Shown here: positions 48,601 through 60,996 of the stretch, piece after piece
How positions within the stretch are numbered: the first letter of the stretch is position 1
Layout of the letters: each line of letters starts with the position of its first letter
Assembly: GCA_964035545.1 (NCBI GenBank)
Contig: OZ037771.1
Location: 3,049,628-3,113,627, forward strand
DNA: 64,000 nt
Source of the DNA: Bugula neritina
Lineage: Eukaryota; Animalia; Bryozoa
Reading direction: 5' to 3'
Position numbers and translations under genes: made by a program
Notes under the pieces: model-generated
The model's input: only the letters and a program-made list of their open reading frames with translations
The model's database searches: none
What the model was told of the DNA's origin: nothing

Positions 48601-51433
48601 GGATGAATTTCCAAAAATCTGCTTCTATGTATTCAAAGAGATGTTTTATGTAGTCAAATAACTGAGAGGGGGACAGCAAAGCAAAAGTGGATAAACCATA
48701 TTGTTCTGTTGTATAGCACTAGGCACTCAGCTAAAGTAAACTGTATTATATACACTCAAGGATGCCAATATTCTGTTTAGCTTGTGGTTTTAGTACTTTT
48801 GATTTTAAGTTTGTGGTGCTGCAACGTCTTTTTCTACAATCTTCTACAGAATTTACTCAAAAGACTGTTGCACTTCCATCGTAGTATAGCTAATGTCCTA
48901 CTGTTTGCAGTGCAGATGGGAACTATCAAGTAACCCTTATGACCAAAGCTACTCTCCACTCCAATGGAAGGGTGTTCTGGGAGCCACCCGCCATTTACAA
49001 AAGCTCCTGTACCATAGACGTAGAGTTCTTTCCTTTTGATGAGCAAACATGTGGCATGAAGTTTGGTTCATGGACTTATGATGGCATTAAGGTAAAGATG
49101 AACTAACGTGTATCTTTTACTTGCCTAATTGATAAGCGCATTAACATATGTTGTAATTATAGTGAAAATATGATGGGGAAACCCGCAGCATGAAAGTTTT
49201 TAGGTTCAATCACCTTTTTATCAACAATTATTTATTAGCTCATCAAAATTCAATTAGAACTAGCAGTTTGTTTATTGAAAACTGTAAAAAATTTATTTTA
49301 CTTCAATTAACTAAAAACAATTCACCAGTGGAAAAATAAGAATAAATGTTTTTATACGTTTTTTAAAACTCAAAGCAGAAAAGTAAAGCTTTGCATTTGA
49401 ATAAACGATTCTCTGCATTAACTCAGGTTGATTTAAAGCATAAAGACCAGGCAGATGTTTCTGGGGAAGTTCACATTCCAAAGGCTATAGACATGTCAGG
49501 CTATTACAGATCATTTATATGGGACGTTATGGCCGTGCCCGCAAAGAGAAGTGAAGTTACGTACCCATGCTGTCCACAGTATTACCCAGACGTGACATTC
49601 AAAATAACAATCAGACGAAAGACCCTATTCTACACCGTGAATCTCATAATACCATGCGTCGCTATCTCCTTCTTGACAGTGTTTGTATTTTATCTACCAT
49701 CAGATTCGGGAGAGAAAATAACTCTATGTATCTCCATTTTACTTTCGCTAACTGTGTTCTTCCTTCTATTGGCTGATCTAATACCTCCGACCTCCCTAGT
49801 TGTACCGCTGATTGGTAAATATTTGCTATTCACTATGATCCTGGTGACACTGTCCGTAATTATCACTGTCATAGTCTTGAACATTCACAACCGCACCTAC
49901 GCGACACACACTATGCCACCGTGGCTCAGGTGCGTAGCTCTAGAGATATTACCCACAATTCTGTTTATGCAAAAACTTAAACTAAGGTCAGCGATGAAAG
50001 TGAAAAAGAAACTAGATGTTGAGTCTCCGAAAATTAGGAACAGGTAAATAATTGTCAAGTATACTAAATCATTGTGGCTTGAAAATTTCCCAGTGAATTC
50101 AATTATTAAATGAATGTTAAAGTGTTTTGGGCAAGAGCTAATCTCACCGTTTTAATCCTATTGCGGTAAACGGAAGCAACAGCTAAAATAAAAGTAGAAG
50201 GATATTTCATTTTTTATTAGCTAAATTTTTATAAGTTATCACTCAAAAATGATCGAAAATATAATATAAACTATATAAGTAGCATAGGTTATTATAAAAC
50301 TTGTAGATCCTTTTCTTTAAATTTGATCATTTTCATAAACAGAGTAAATGGGGCTTCTGAGGCAAGGAAATTGCTCATCTCCCCAACAAAGGAATCGGTT
50401 AGGTCTGACATTGCTGGCCCGTGTTCACGAGATTCTCATGCGGGACTCAGGGTGTCTTCTACTGACGTCCCAACCCCGAAACTAAGGAAAAGAAAGTTGC
50501 CCCCAGAAGTTGAAAGAGCTTTGGAAGGCGTCCAACATATTGCAAACCATATAAAAGAAGATATTGACTATGAACAAGTTAGTTATTATAGTCATGTTAG
50601 ATATCTTTTAGTGAACTGTAACATTGTGTTAATTTGATTTAGAAAAACTGCCTAGAAATGTATAATTTGGAAATGCTGTACATATAAAACTGGAGTTATC
50701 AGCCTTGTGTAGAAAGCTGTTCATGTAGTTTGGAGTTGTCGGTACATCATGATAGACTAAGACTCGGCCTCATGATTTACTGCTTATTCTCCTGCATATT
50801 TCATCAAATGCACAACTGCAAATGTATTCCTTTGAAATTATTTGAACTTTGAGTAATTGTCTAAAATATTACAGTCAGAATTAAAACTGAATTAGTCTTA
50901 TTTGTATTGTAACTATGCAACTATGTTAACCTAACCTTCTATTTTTTCCAAGCAATTAGATTCTTAAAGAATAATTTAAACCTCAGTATTTCAACTAAAA
51001 TTTTGTTTAAATTTCATGATCGCCCAGTAAGCTACTACACACTGTTTTAATAGACAAAATGGACTTTGAATTAATTATTAAAAGTTATAAAATGGAGAAC
51101 AACATTTGGCATAAAAATCTTCGGCTCAAATTTTTATTAAAAATAAGTATTGTATGCTTAGTTGAAATTCACTCCGCTATCATAAGATGTGCATCTCTAT
51201 AAAAATAACATTGCAGATGAAAAACATATAATTAAAATTCCCTTAACAATGAAAATTATAAAAATAAATATTTCTTCCTTCAGATACAAGAAGAGTGGAA
51301 ATTCATGGCTATGGTTATAGACAGGTTGTTTTTATGGCTCTTCACTACAGCTTGCCTGGTTGGCACATTTGGAATTATACTACAAGCACCTACACTGTAT
51401 GATGGTGCTAAACCTATGGATGCCGGGATATAG
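45636..51433 (+). CDS. Nicotinic acetylcholine receptor alpha subunit (cation-selective type); exons 45636-45666, 46765-46937, 47365-47409, [47716-47825 or 48085-48194], 48911-49091, 49427-50043, 50343-50577, 51284-51433
   Basis: Signal peptide [23 protein letters not shown] then NPDAKRL; [12 protein letters not shown]; WxPDIVLYNNADG; Cys-loop [15 protein letters not shown]; GSWTYDG; loop C YPCC vicinal cysteines; M1 [11 protein letters not shown]; M2 [21 protein letters not shown]; M4 [16 protein letters not shown]. Confidence 0.97.
46245..46587. mobile_element. 343-bp PIF/Harbinger (Tourist-like) MITE in the first coding intron of the nAChR gene
   Basis: 70-bp TIRs (46245-46314 / 46518-46587) with one mismatch; TTA target duplication at 46242-46244 and 46588-46590; GC-rich relative to flanks. 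Confidence 0.92.
47716..47825 (+). other. nAChR alternative exon 4a (110 nt): [36 protein letters not shown](N)
   Basis: Paralogous to 48085-48194, same length and end phase, GTGAGT donor; the in-frame start is preceded by AA, not AG. Confidence 0.8.
48085..48194 (+). other. nAChR alternative exon 4b (110 nt): [36 protein letters not shown](N)
   Basis: Canonical TAG acceptor and GTAAGA donor; phases 0/2 join exons 3 and 5 in frame. Confidence 0.92.
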
Positions 51434-51864
51434 GACAGTAACTGAGGCTACAGATAATTATCTATCAACAAGAAATAAGGCTACAACTAGTTTAAAAAAT
51501 TGTACAATTAGTTGACTATTCAGAAAGATTACTAAAAAATTACTTTAAAACAATAATTATAGATAAATTAATTTCAACATTTCTCAGACTTATTTTTTAA
51601 AATATAAAACTGTACATATACTTTTCACATATACTATTGAGTTTTGGTGATGTCATGCCATTCATACCAAAATGTTATCAAATTCAATCATTAGAAATTT
51701 TAATATCATTCTATAAAAATTATAATATAATGTATAATAAACTATTTTTCAATATATAAATATTTCTAAACTAAAACATGTAGCACCAACTTGGCATTAA
51801 CACAGAGAGAAGATAACTTCAAGATTGTCTGTATTTTCATTCTAACTTCCACGACAGGCGGCTG

Positions 51865-54800
51865 TTAGAGTGAAAACTTCACCAACAGCAGATCTTCGTC
51901 TGTACCCCTTGCAACCCGCCCTCTATCAAACGTTTGAACGGAGCAGTAGCACGGCCCTACAAACAGGAAACAATCTCTTCTATCAGCCAAGTCTTACTTC
52001 TACTGCTTCTATACAATAGGTTATTTCAAAACACCAAATTGCAACAATTACCCAGCTCTGTATAATCCGCTTTAAGCAACATCGAAATCTTACTGTTACT
52101 TCATGAAATACTACGAGGTTGAGAAATTTGTATAGCAGGTAACATGCTAATACAACACAGAGATGGTGTTAGTCAGGAACACATGCTATCCTGCTTTTAG
52201 TTTTAGCTGACATTGCTAGTTTCGTATTATTTTACAATCTGCAGTGACAACTTGTTACATAATTACCGGAACTACGGGATGGATTGTGGAAGACGACCTC
52301 ATCATTTGCCAGATTTATTTTCGTCACAAGTATGAAATGACCTAAAATAAATTGAACAGAAATCTATGGTCAAAGGTTGTAAAGAAACTGTGATGATATG
52401 CAGGTTTTATTTAATGAAAAAAGTGGAATCAGCTACGAGATAAAGAAGAAAGAGAGTAAAACGCATTCAATTAACTGCTTACCTTGGTAACTCCCAAAGG
52501 TGAAACAGAGCTTGGAGCATAAACTCGAACAAGTCTGCAACACAGTTTGAGTAATCAATGTCATATTTCGAATATAATTTGAATGCAATTTAAGTAATAA
52601 TAACATTAAAACAATGCAAATAACAGCTAGCATATAGGAAGATACTTAATTAGTTGAAACGGATTTCAACTTTGATTGAGTTTCAAAATTTTCACAGATG
52701 TATACAGTTGCTGCATAATTAATGCCATTTCATAATTAAAATTTATCATTTGCATCGATAGTGCAGCATATGACTCTGGAATGTGTTCTCACTGTGGCTT
52801 TTGGTTTACTACAGTCTTATCACTAAACTAAATAATTTTAAACATGCCTTAATATTATTTTTACAGCAGTTTTATCATAATTATCCAGAATGAGAAAACC
52901 GTCAGATGCAAAAAAAGTAGTAAGTATACTAACTAAATGCTTGTTTTTAGATTTGTCTATTCACTGTAAGCTCTGAACGTACAAAAACATTAGCACTACA
53001 GCCTTATTGGATAGTAGAAAACAGCATCCACACTATTCTAATACTCTTCAAATAAAGTATGCTTTAAATTAAAACATAATAAAATGTAAAGCTTGCAGCT
53101 ACAGCTAACAGGAGCATAATTGCACAAGAGAAAACTACTCTTAAAAACATGATATTATGTAGCTCAACTAATAGATTTATATACCTGCATGACATCATGA
53201 CAACAGGTACAGCCCATGAGATTCCAGTCGACTAGGGCTATGAGCAAACACCCACCAACTTCCAATAACTCAGAAACTCTGGCTATAGTCAAGTGCCTAT
53301 GTAAGAAGAAGAAAACTCCAAAAATAGTGAAAACAAAACTACTAATGTAACCAGCATTCTTCACATTCAACTGTTAGACAAGGAGAGAGGAGCAGAAAGT
53401 TGAACCCAACAAATATCAGTTTAGAGGAAGCATTGACAACCACGCATTACGCTAATAGTCAGCAGTAGTAGCTTTGATATATAATAGCACATATTATATA
53501 GCACATATATAGCACAATGCTAGATAGAAATGCTTCATCCAGGCACTTGAAAGCACACGGCAGCAAATACTTAGAAAGTCAGCGAGCAAGCTGATACTAC
53601 TGATCATCACCTACATGGCCGTACTCTCGTATCTGTGCTGCTTAGCTGTACATTCACCTTTATACAAGTATACTGTCTAACTTATGACCATTAGTCTAAC
53701 ATTCAACATGAGCAGTGAATAGTAAGCTGCTAGTAGTAATAGTAGATTTACAAGATAACTTACTCTTGTATGCAAGAAATACCACACTGCAGCGCTTCTA
53801 TGAACAGATTGTCTACTCGCTCTTTGTCATTGCGAAAATTGGACTTATAGAATGGCTGCAAAATTACCAGACATAATTTATTATATTTAAATACAACATT
53901 GACATATATTTTTGCACTAAAACTATATATTTAAATATAATATTATCATATATGATTAAACTATAAATATATATAAATACAATCTCAAAATATATATTTA
54001 TACACATAACATAAACATAATTTCATTTTTAGCATTCCAAATCGAGTAAGAAATTTGACTAGCAGAATGCTGCATTTATAATATCAGTTCAATATCCTGC
54101 ATGATAAACTGTTTTGCAGTTTAAATAAAACTCAATCTTGTATTTGACTTGCACTATCATAATGAATGTACAATGTTTAGCAAACTAAAGAACATACCAA
54201 GGCAGCGTGACCAGTATCAACCTCACAACTCAGAGTATACAAGGTGCATTGGAAACCATATTTCGACAGTATGCAGGCCAAATCAATTGTGTATACACTA
54301 AAATATAAGTCTGAGGTTTACATATCCTTACAAATATCTGAAATGAATACTACAGCATATTTATAATTCAACAAATACTTCAACTTATATTTTTCTTATA
54401 AAACTTGTAAATATTTACATATAAATAACGCAAAATCTTCATGATTAACTATCGTAGAACATTATATATATATATATACATTAGTAATGTGCCTGATGAT
54501 TGCTGTAAGGAGCACAAAACTAATAGTTGCACAAAAAATGTAAAATCAACATCAACAGGTTAAATTTTTTTCATTAATTATATATGTAAATAATAATAAA
54601 CTATATTATTTATTTGATAAAAAACATTACCTGTGATAAAGTCTGATGTCCTTCATATACTTCGGCATCAAATCTAAATCTTTATTTAGAGATCTACAAC
54701 AATTAATGAAATTGTTTATTTAAAAATAAACAGAAGTTAAGAATATTTTATTACAATGATACTAAGATACAGTAAATAGAGAATAGTGAGATAGATAACA

Positions 54801-55318
54801 AACTAATTTACAAATTATGATGCATAACACAAGCTAATCATGTTTGTCTAAAAAGGGCTTGTGTTTATTGTTAGAGTAAAAAATGTGGCAATAAAATGCT
54901 GGAAAATAAATTAAGTGTACTCTAATAAACAGACGAGTCCAATTGTGACATTGTGATTAGTGGAATACAAGTGAGACAATGCTGGTAATGTTCTGTAGTG
55001 CTACTCAAAAACAGGCAGCAATAAACCTTGGAGTCTGAAATAAATCCCAACTGAAAAAATAAAATGCTACACCCGAATTAATATATTATGATATAAAATT
55101 TACTATAATCAAATTTTAACATTAAATTTTAAGCTCAAAATAATAAGATATTTTTGATAAGCTGTATGGGAACCCAAGAATATAACTGTGGCTAAAATAT
55201 CGAGTTTTGGAATTTTTCTCGTTTTCACTTACTTCAACACCATTTTTACACAAGCAAGCCCACAATCCCAGTTGGCCTGTTGTTGAACATGCTTTACACT
55301 AAGCATTTGAACATCCAT
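51865..55318 (-). CDS. GUCD1: Protein GUCD1 (C39-like/papain-fold family), 7-8 coding exons
   Basis: MDVQMLSVKHVQQQANWDCGLACVKMVL; SVYTIDLA; PFYKSNFRNDKERVDNLF; LIALVDWNLMGC; SYQGHFILV; FHNPS; RVARGTDEDLLLV match the GUCD1 motif order; GT-AG junctions in frame. Confidence 0.92.
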
Positions 55319-56389
55319 CCATTCAACTGAAAAAATACATTAAATATAAAAATTTACACAAAACAATTACATTTAAATAGTTATGGCCCATTATTCTTAA
55401 TAATCCTATTCACTTTCAGTTGACTCACTGGGACAGTTATTTTAAACACAATTATAAACCTAGCCTTAATCCTAAGGGTCAGAGTATAGTATAGTATAGT
55501 TACATTGATATTGGCCTTGAATTAAATTTATTGATATTATTTTGTATTGTATAATTGATAATAAATTAAAATATACATACATTATTATTATATATAAACT
55601 TCATAACTGATAACTATAACTATTAGTATTATCAACTTATTATTAAATTTATAACTTTAATAGTAGAACTTCATAATAATAATGGCAAAAATGTGCAAAC
55701 AGTAACACTGCGTGAGTCTATAGTTTTTATAAAATAAATAAATATATTAGAAATAATAATAAAAGATAACTATAGGTTATAGAATAGATCATCATTTATC
55801 ATTTTTCATGGCTGAGCAAATGTCTACTTAATACTAATAAAAAATCTAGCTAGAATATCAAATTTTACTAATAAATATTAATAAACTCCGGCTAAAATTA
55901 AAATTCCAAGTCCAACAGCAATCAATAGTAATACTACATTTGCTTAAACTTTGGGTTTTACTTTTAAACTAAAACGGGTTTAACTTTAACTTTAAGCTTC
56001 AGCTTCCAATGACAATTAATCGACCAGATTTTCTACAATATAAAAAATAACTATTAAGTGCTAGTTCTCAATTGATTGGACGCCTATCTACTATCTTTAA
56101 ATACATACTATATTTATAATCTATTCCAAAACAAACATATAAATATAATTGTTACTGTTAGGTGTTGAGATGCTGAGCTATCGCTGAGAAGGAAACGCGA
56201 AGCTGTAGAAATAACTTGACTCGCTACCACTGAGCAATAAAAGATAGCTGTTGAAACATAATAAAAATCGGCTTGTCCGACAATGTGGTAAATGGCTCAC
56301 ATCGTTAGTACGTAATGGTTAGGACAACTCCTATAATTAAACACTTGGATAAATGTATAGTATTTCAGGATTTTTTATCAATTCTAAGG

Positions 56390-56960
56390 TTCACTGAAGG
56401 TCTGCTAGGTACATAATATGTTTGAATCGTGAGTTATATATAAGCATCACATCACAAATTTAGAGAGATTCCGCCAACATTGTCTTCAAAATATTATCCA
56501 AATAAAATGGCTGGACACTCATGTTCATGTTGCCATAATGCTATAGAAAAATTGAAACTGGGTAGGATCGAGGCACTGTTGCTACACTATCAACTTCATT
56601 AGACTGGTCCCGCATCTAGAATTGAAAACAAACACCTGCCTAGCATGGTTTTATGTAGTGAGCTGGATGACAGAAAGCGTACCGGAGTCTGCCCAAAAGA
56701 AGATTAAAGAATAATGCAAATTGTTTTAAAGAACTTGGGTGCGCACCGTGGCAGTGGGACCAAGCTCACTTTTGATCGTGCTCTTTGGCGTGCAGCTATT
56801 CTATTAGCTGTTTCAACATTTGAAGCAGAGCATAGAATAAATGCTATTAAAAAATAATCAAAAAGAAAAAAGTCTAGACCTCACAAACTCAGACTCATCA
56901 CATAGCATTGCTTCTACCGCATTGCAATAATTAGCCATCAACATGCTTGTGAAAAAAATT
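56390..56960 (+). mobile_element. RTE-clade LINE 3' remnant (degenerate)
   Basis: Broken translation ES*VIYKHHITNLERFRQHCLQNIIQIKWLD...IEALLLHYQLH*TGPASRIENKHLPSMVLCSEL...GVCPKRR...RIAIISHQHAC resembles the C-terminal part of RTE ORF2. Confidence 0.8.
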
Positions 56961-56966
56961 TATATG

Positions 56967-57385
56967 TACTGTGTACTCATTAGCCCATTTGTTTTTTTAT
57001 TTCTTTTCCATTATATAATTTTTATTTCACCCAACTTTTGCTTTATATTTTTCCATGGTGGTAATCTGATGTTTACTTTTCTCTAGTCCACCTTTGGTCA
57101 TGAAGTTTTGCTGTAAATAGATCAGACAGCTCCACTATACCGGCTGCATAATGTTTGTTCAACCGGAGGTTGCTAAAAATTTAAAGCTTACTGCATTTAA
57201 CAAACGACTAGATGGCTAAAAAACATAAATAAGTAGAAACAGTCAAGCGTAAACATACCTTTACTGAGCTAGCTGGCTTTGATATAGCTATAAACTCATC
57301 CATCACACATGAATGTATTTATCAATTTAGAACACAACAACGCCACCTGCTTATTCTCTGACACCTGACAAATTGAATATTCATA
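56967..57385 (+). repeat. ~420-bp repeat, with an inverted copy at 61655-62103
   Basis: Shared blocks such as CATTAGCCCATTTG, GGTCATGAAGTTT, ATAATGTTTGTTCA, CAAGCGTAAACATACCT, GGCTTTGATATAGCTATAAACTCATC, CTGCTTATTCTCTG. Confidence 0.9.
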
Positions 57386-57452
57386 TGTTGGGTGTTGGAT
57401 TTTTGTGTCCTACTAAATGTTTTTATAATTACACCTTTAAATATGCACGAAA

Positions 57453-57668
57453 GGTAGCAGCTGTGCTCTAGGGGTTAAATCGTTTGCCTAGTGAACGCGA
57501 GGTCATGGGTTCAAACCCACACTAAAGGCCATTGGTGATGTTAGGAAGAGCATCCAGTCATAATTGCTCTTGTGCCTCATTTAAATAAGTCCTTAGCGGC
57601 TTTAGCCAAAACCCTTTCCATCAGGGGTTTCTCACAGGGATAGCGACTAAACTTGTGTGAGTTTTTTT
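57453..57668 (+). mobile_element. tRNA-derived SINE, full-length-looking copy
   Basis: A-box-like GCTCTAGGGGTTA and B-box GGTTCAAACCC; central TTGGTGATGTTAGGAAGAGCATCCAG block; T-run end; second copy at 32930-33092. Confidence 0.85.
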
Positions 57669-57677
57669 AAAATAAAC

Positions 57678-58778
57678 ATGAAATTTCTTTGCTTTTGCTG
57701 GTTGGTGCTCTTCACTGCCATTTGCTTAAACTTAGTGAACAAGCAGGTTTATTGTAAGGATTTTGTGTAAGGAGTTATATTATTAGGTATATCAAAAGGA
57801 CAACTCTCTTGCTCCTACCGCGTTATCGTAATGCGTAGCGTCTCTCCTCTACTCGGCCTGACAATATGTGCCCTACTACGCTACTAACATACACTATGAG
57901 CAAGGGGGAGGAGCCTAGTAATTAAAGCTGACAGCTATTACGCTTGGATAGCCGGCAGTCAAACAGCGGAATAGTTATAGTTAGGTTGTGCATGCTGTCT
58001 GCAATTATGTGACGTGTTTTTGTAGTTGTTGTATAGTTTTACTTTTGTATCTTAGAATTAAAAAAACGCATATAATATACTTTAACTTGGTGGTGTTGCA
58101 TTACTTTAAATACCCAAATAATTAGTGAATGCACAGTTTCACAACACTATTATATACAGCAGCTGTGTGAGAAGTAGTTAATTTGGACGCTAGATTATAG
58201 ATTATTTTATATAATATATTATTGGATAATATACTATACTATACCATTTAATATACTATAGGAAATTTATGTTTTACAGTATACTATGTTAATGTTATAT
58301 AATATAGCTTATATACTTTTTTGAAAAGTTGAACTTTTTCCCCTAGCATATGTATATACGTAACATGGTATGTCCACAAATATATCTATTTGATATCTAA
58401 TGAAAGAAAGATACTGGTATCTACATTATATTTTAGATAAGCATAATTATACCTCGGCAGTTTGTTAATTATGTTTGTTAAAAATTTTTGCAAACAAAAT
58501 ACACCTTTGCGTTTAAGCTAGACTTTTCATTATTCATTTGCAGCATAGATTTTAAGGATAAACGATGACACTCTTGCTAAAACCAGAGTTTAGTTATAAG
58601 GCTGTATTGTTTACCGCGGATCAGGTTTGTTCAACTTTCAAGATGTTTTAAATGCTTTACAGGGACAAGCCACGGACACCTCAGCTTGGGGTTTATTGAC
58701 CACATGGCACCAAAGCAGTGCTCAGTATACAAACTGCTAACAGGATTCTGTGAAGCTATCCATACTCTCTTTATATAG
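57678..58778 (+). pseudogene. Probably inactivated paralogue of the small secreted-peptide gene at 60071
   Basis: MKFLCFCWLVLFTAICLNLV signal exon with donor GT changed to AC; last exon GTSHGHLSLGFIDHMAPKQCSVYKLLTGFCEAIHTLFI* (58663-58778); SINE directly upstream and solo LTR in the intron. Confidence 0.6.
57753..58146 (+). mobile_element. Solo LTR (394 bp), Gypsy-like
   Basis: TGTAAGG...ACAACA termini; 4-bp flanks TTAT/CTAT; ATTAAA poly(A)-like signal ~58057; absent from the homologous position of the paralogous copy (~60140). Confidence 0.78.
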
Positions 58779-60070
58779 ACCCCGATCTGACTTTGGAAAC
58801 ATTGGTTTAAAATTAAATTTGAAAAAAAGATATGTATACATGTAATATTTAACAATAAATATTTTATCTAATATAATGATTCTAACAATTGTGCACTTTA
58901 CAAAACTCAATGCAATTGCATATGTTCATCATAATGTTATTATATTGATAGTCAAACAGCATATTTGGTAAATATATTTTATCATAATAAATAGATGCTT
59001 TCAATGTTATTCTGTGAGACTATGGTGCATACTGAAATTATTACATATATGAAAGAATATACATATAATATATGCAGTCTCAGTAGACATTAAAGTTATC
59101 AGGTGCCTTTTAAAATTTGCCGGAAAAACCAAGACTCTGCTGGTGATATGAAAAGCTGAAAGCTATTTCAAGCGGATGAATAGCAATCAACTCATTAAAT
59201 AAATCTTCTAGCTAACAACAGAACACTTGAGGTGAACCTATTTTATATGTTACATGAGCAGTAATCTGCACAATTTTAATTTTTGTTTTTTTTTTAAATC
59301 TAAAAGGTGTCTTTTTATTGTTGAACTACAAAATTATGGAAACTGAAGCTTTCACGTTGACCACATTAATATGTCCATGTTTAAAAACACTATGAATAAT
59401 TGTTTTAGAACCTGCCAAATGCAATGCGTGGGACATCAAATATGCACATAACTACTTTTTAAAATTATATATTGGAATATTGGAACGTTGACAGCTTTAG
59501 AAAAATATCCTGCTTTGACATAAAGATTCATTTTCTGGACAACCTATACTCCTGTCAGATCAGTTTGAGATTTAAGACTAGGAGTTGAGTGAGGAACGCT
59601 GAAGGTGTCCTGATCAGTTGTCATGACTCCTACAATATTGATTAATTAAGTGTTATAAAAGAGATATTTTCAGTTATAAAAGTGGTGAACCCAAAGATTT
59701 GGTAAGGAGATAGATTCAGGCAAGACGCAGAACATAATATACTGGTAGGTGAGGAAGTTTACAAAATATATCTGAAAAGCTGCGTTTGTATTGCTGGCAA
59801 ACTAAAATCTAAAGCCTTTGATAGAAAATTAACACATATTTTGTTAAAGAGTAGCCCTGGCCAAGCTGAATTAAGGCACTTATAGTTATTCTAAGCTGAT
59901 TGCATGAATCATAGAATGTCTTTGGTAGCATTGTGAAGGGCATCCATTCAACATTCCTCTGGCATTGTATAGAAGCCATCTTGCTAGCCTGTTTTTAGAC
60001 CAACCGGATTGTAAGATCATTCATATTTATGTGTCTGACGCATGTTTTTACAATTCATCTTTAGATAAAC

Positions 60071-60996
60071 ATGAAGTTCCTTTACTTTTGCTGGTTGGTT
60101 GTCTTTACTATTTGCTTGAACCTTGCAGGTAAGCAAGTCCATTGTATACAGCAGCTATGCGAGAAGTAGCTTATTTAGAGATTGTGTAATATATTATTTT
60201 ATAATTATATTATAGTATACTATGCTATATAATATACTATATATTGATGTTATGCTTATATTATATTTATAATATAGTATTATATTATTATACTATACTA
60301 TGCTACGATATATTGTACTATATTACATTATATTATGTTATATTATATTTTATTAAATTGCAATAAATTAATAGTATTATACTAATGTTATACATAATGT
60401 ATATATGCTCGTATAATTCAAATTATATGCCTCCTTAAAAAGAGTGCAAATTTGGTTCCCATGCGGCTCACTTGTGACTGTAGATTTTATCAAACTAGTT
60501 AAATATTTAAATTAAAAGTTTTGTTAGAAATGGTGACTGACTACTACATACAAGAAAGATAATTTTGCAGCCTTCAAATGGTTCTAAAATTGCAATAGCT
60601 GATACAACACATTATGTTATTCAAAGAAAATGATCAAATTATCTTTATCTACATGTTTGATCATGAGTATAACTGTGCATCCACAGAGTTTAAAAATATT
60701 TTTTGCAAATTTATATCAAGTTTTTGTGTCTAGCTTAAACTTTTAATTATTTGTTTAAACCAAAAATAACTTTTATATTTAGAGCATGCAAACACGGAGT
60801 TATAGTCGATCTTGGCAGAACCAGAGTTTTTTGAACTTACATTTTTAATAAATCAGGATTGTTCAATTTTCACAATTTTTAACTTACAGGTACCAGTTAT
60901 GGACACTTGAGCTTGGGCTTTTATAATGGTCTGGTAAAGAAGCCATCAGAAGATAAACTGGAAGCAGACTGCGCAGTCAAGCAAATTCTCAAATAG
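60071..60996 (+). CDS. Putative 54-aa secreted peptide; exons 60071-60128 and 60890-60996
   Basis: MKFLYFCWLVVFTICLNLAGTSYG-HLSLGFYNGLVKKPSEDKLEADCAVKQILK*; strong CAG|GTAAGC donor and TTACAG acceptor in phase 1; TATAAAAG at 59654/59675, candidate UTR donor ~59745-59749, acceptor 60063-60064, AATAAA at ~61022 and ~61057; paralogue upstream. Confidence 0.62.

Noticed and set aside
57453-57525. tRNA gene
   Set aside because: A/B boxes are present but there is no clean cloverleaf, and it continues into a repeated body: a SINE head
60783-60825. Middle exon of the secreted-peptide gene
   Set aside because: In-frame stop in both paralogues for the acceptors tried; treated as homologous intron sequence
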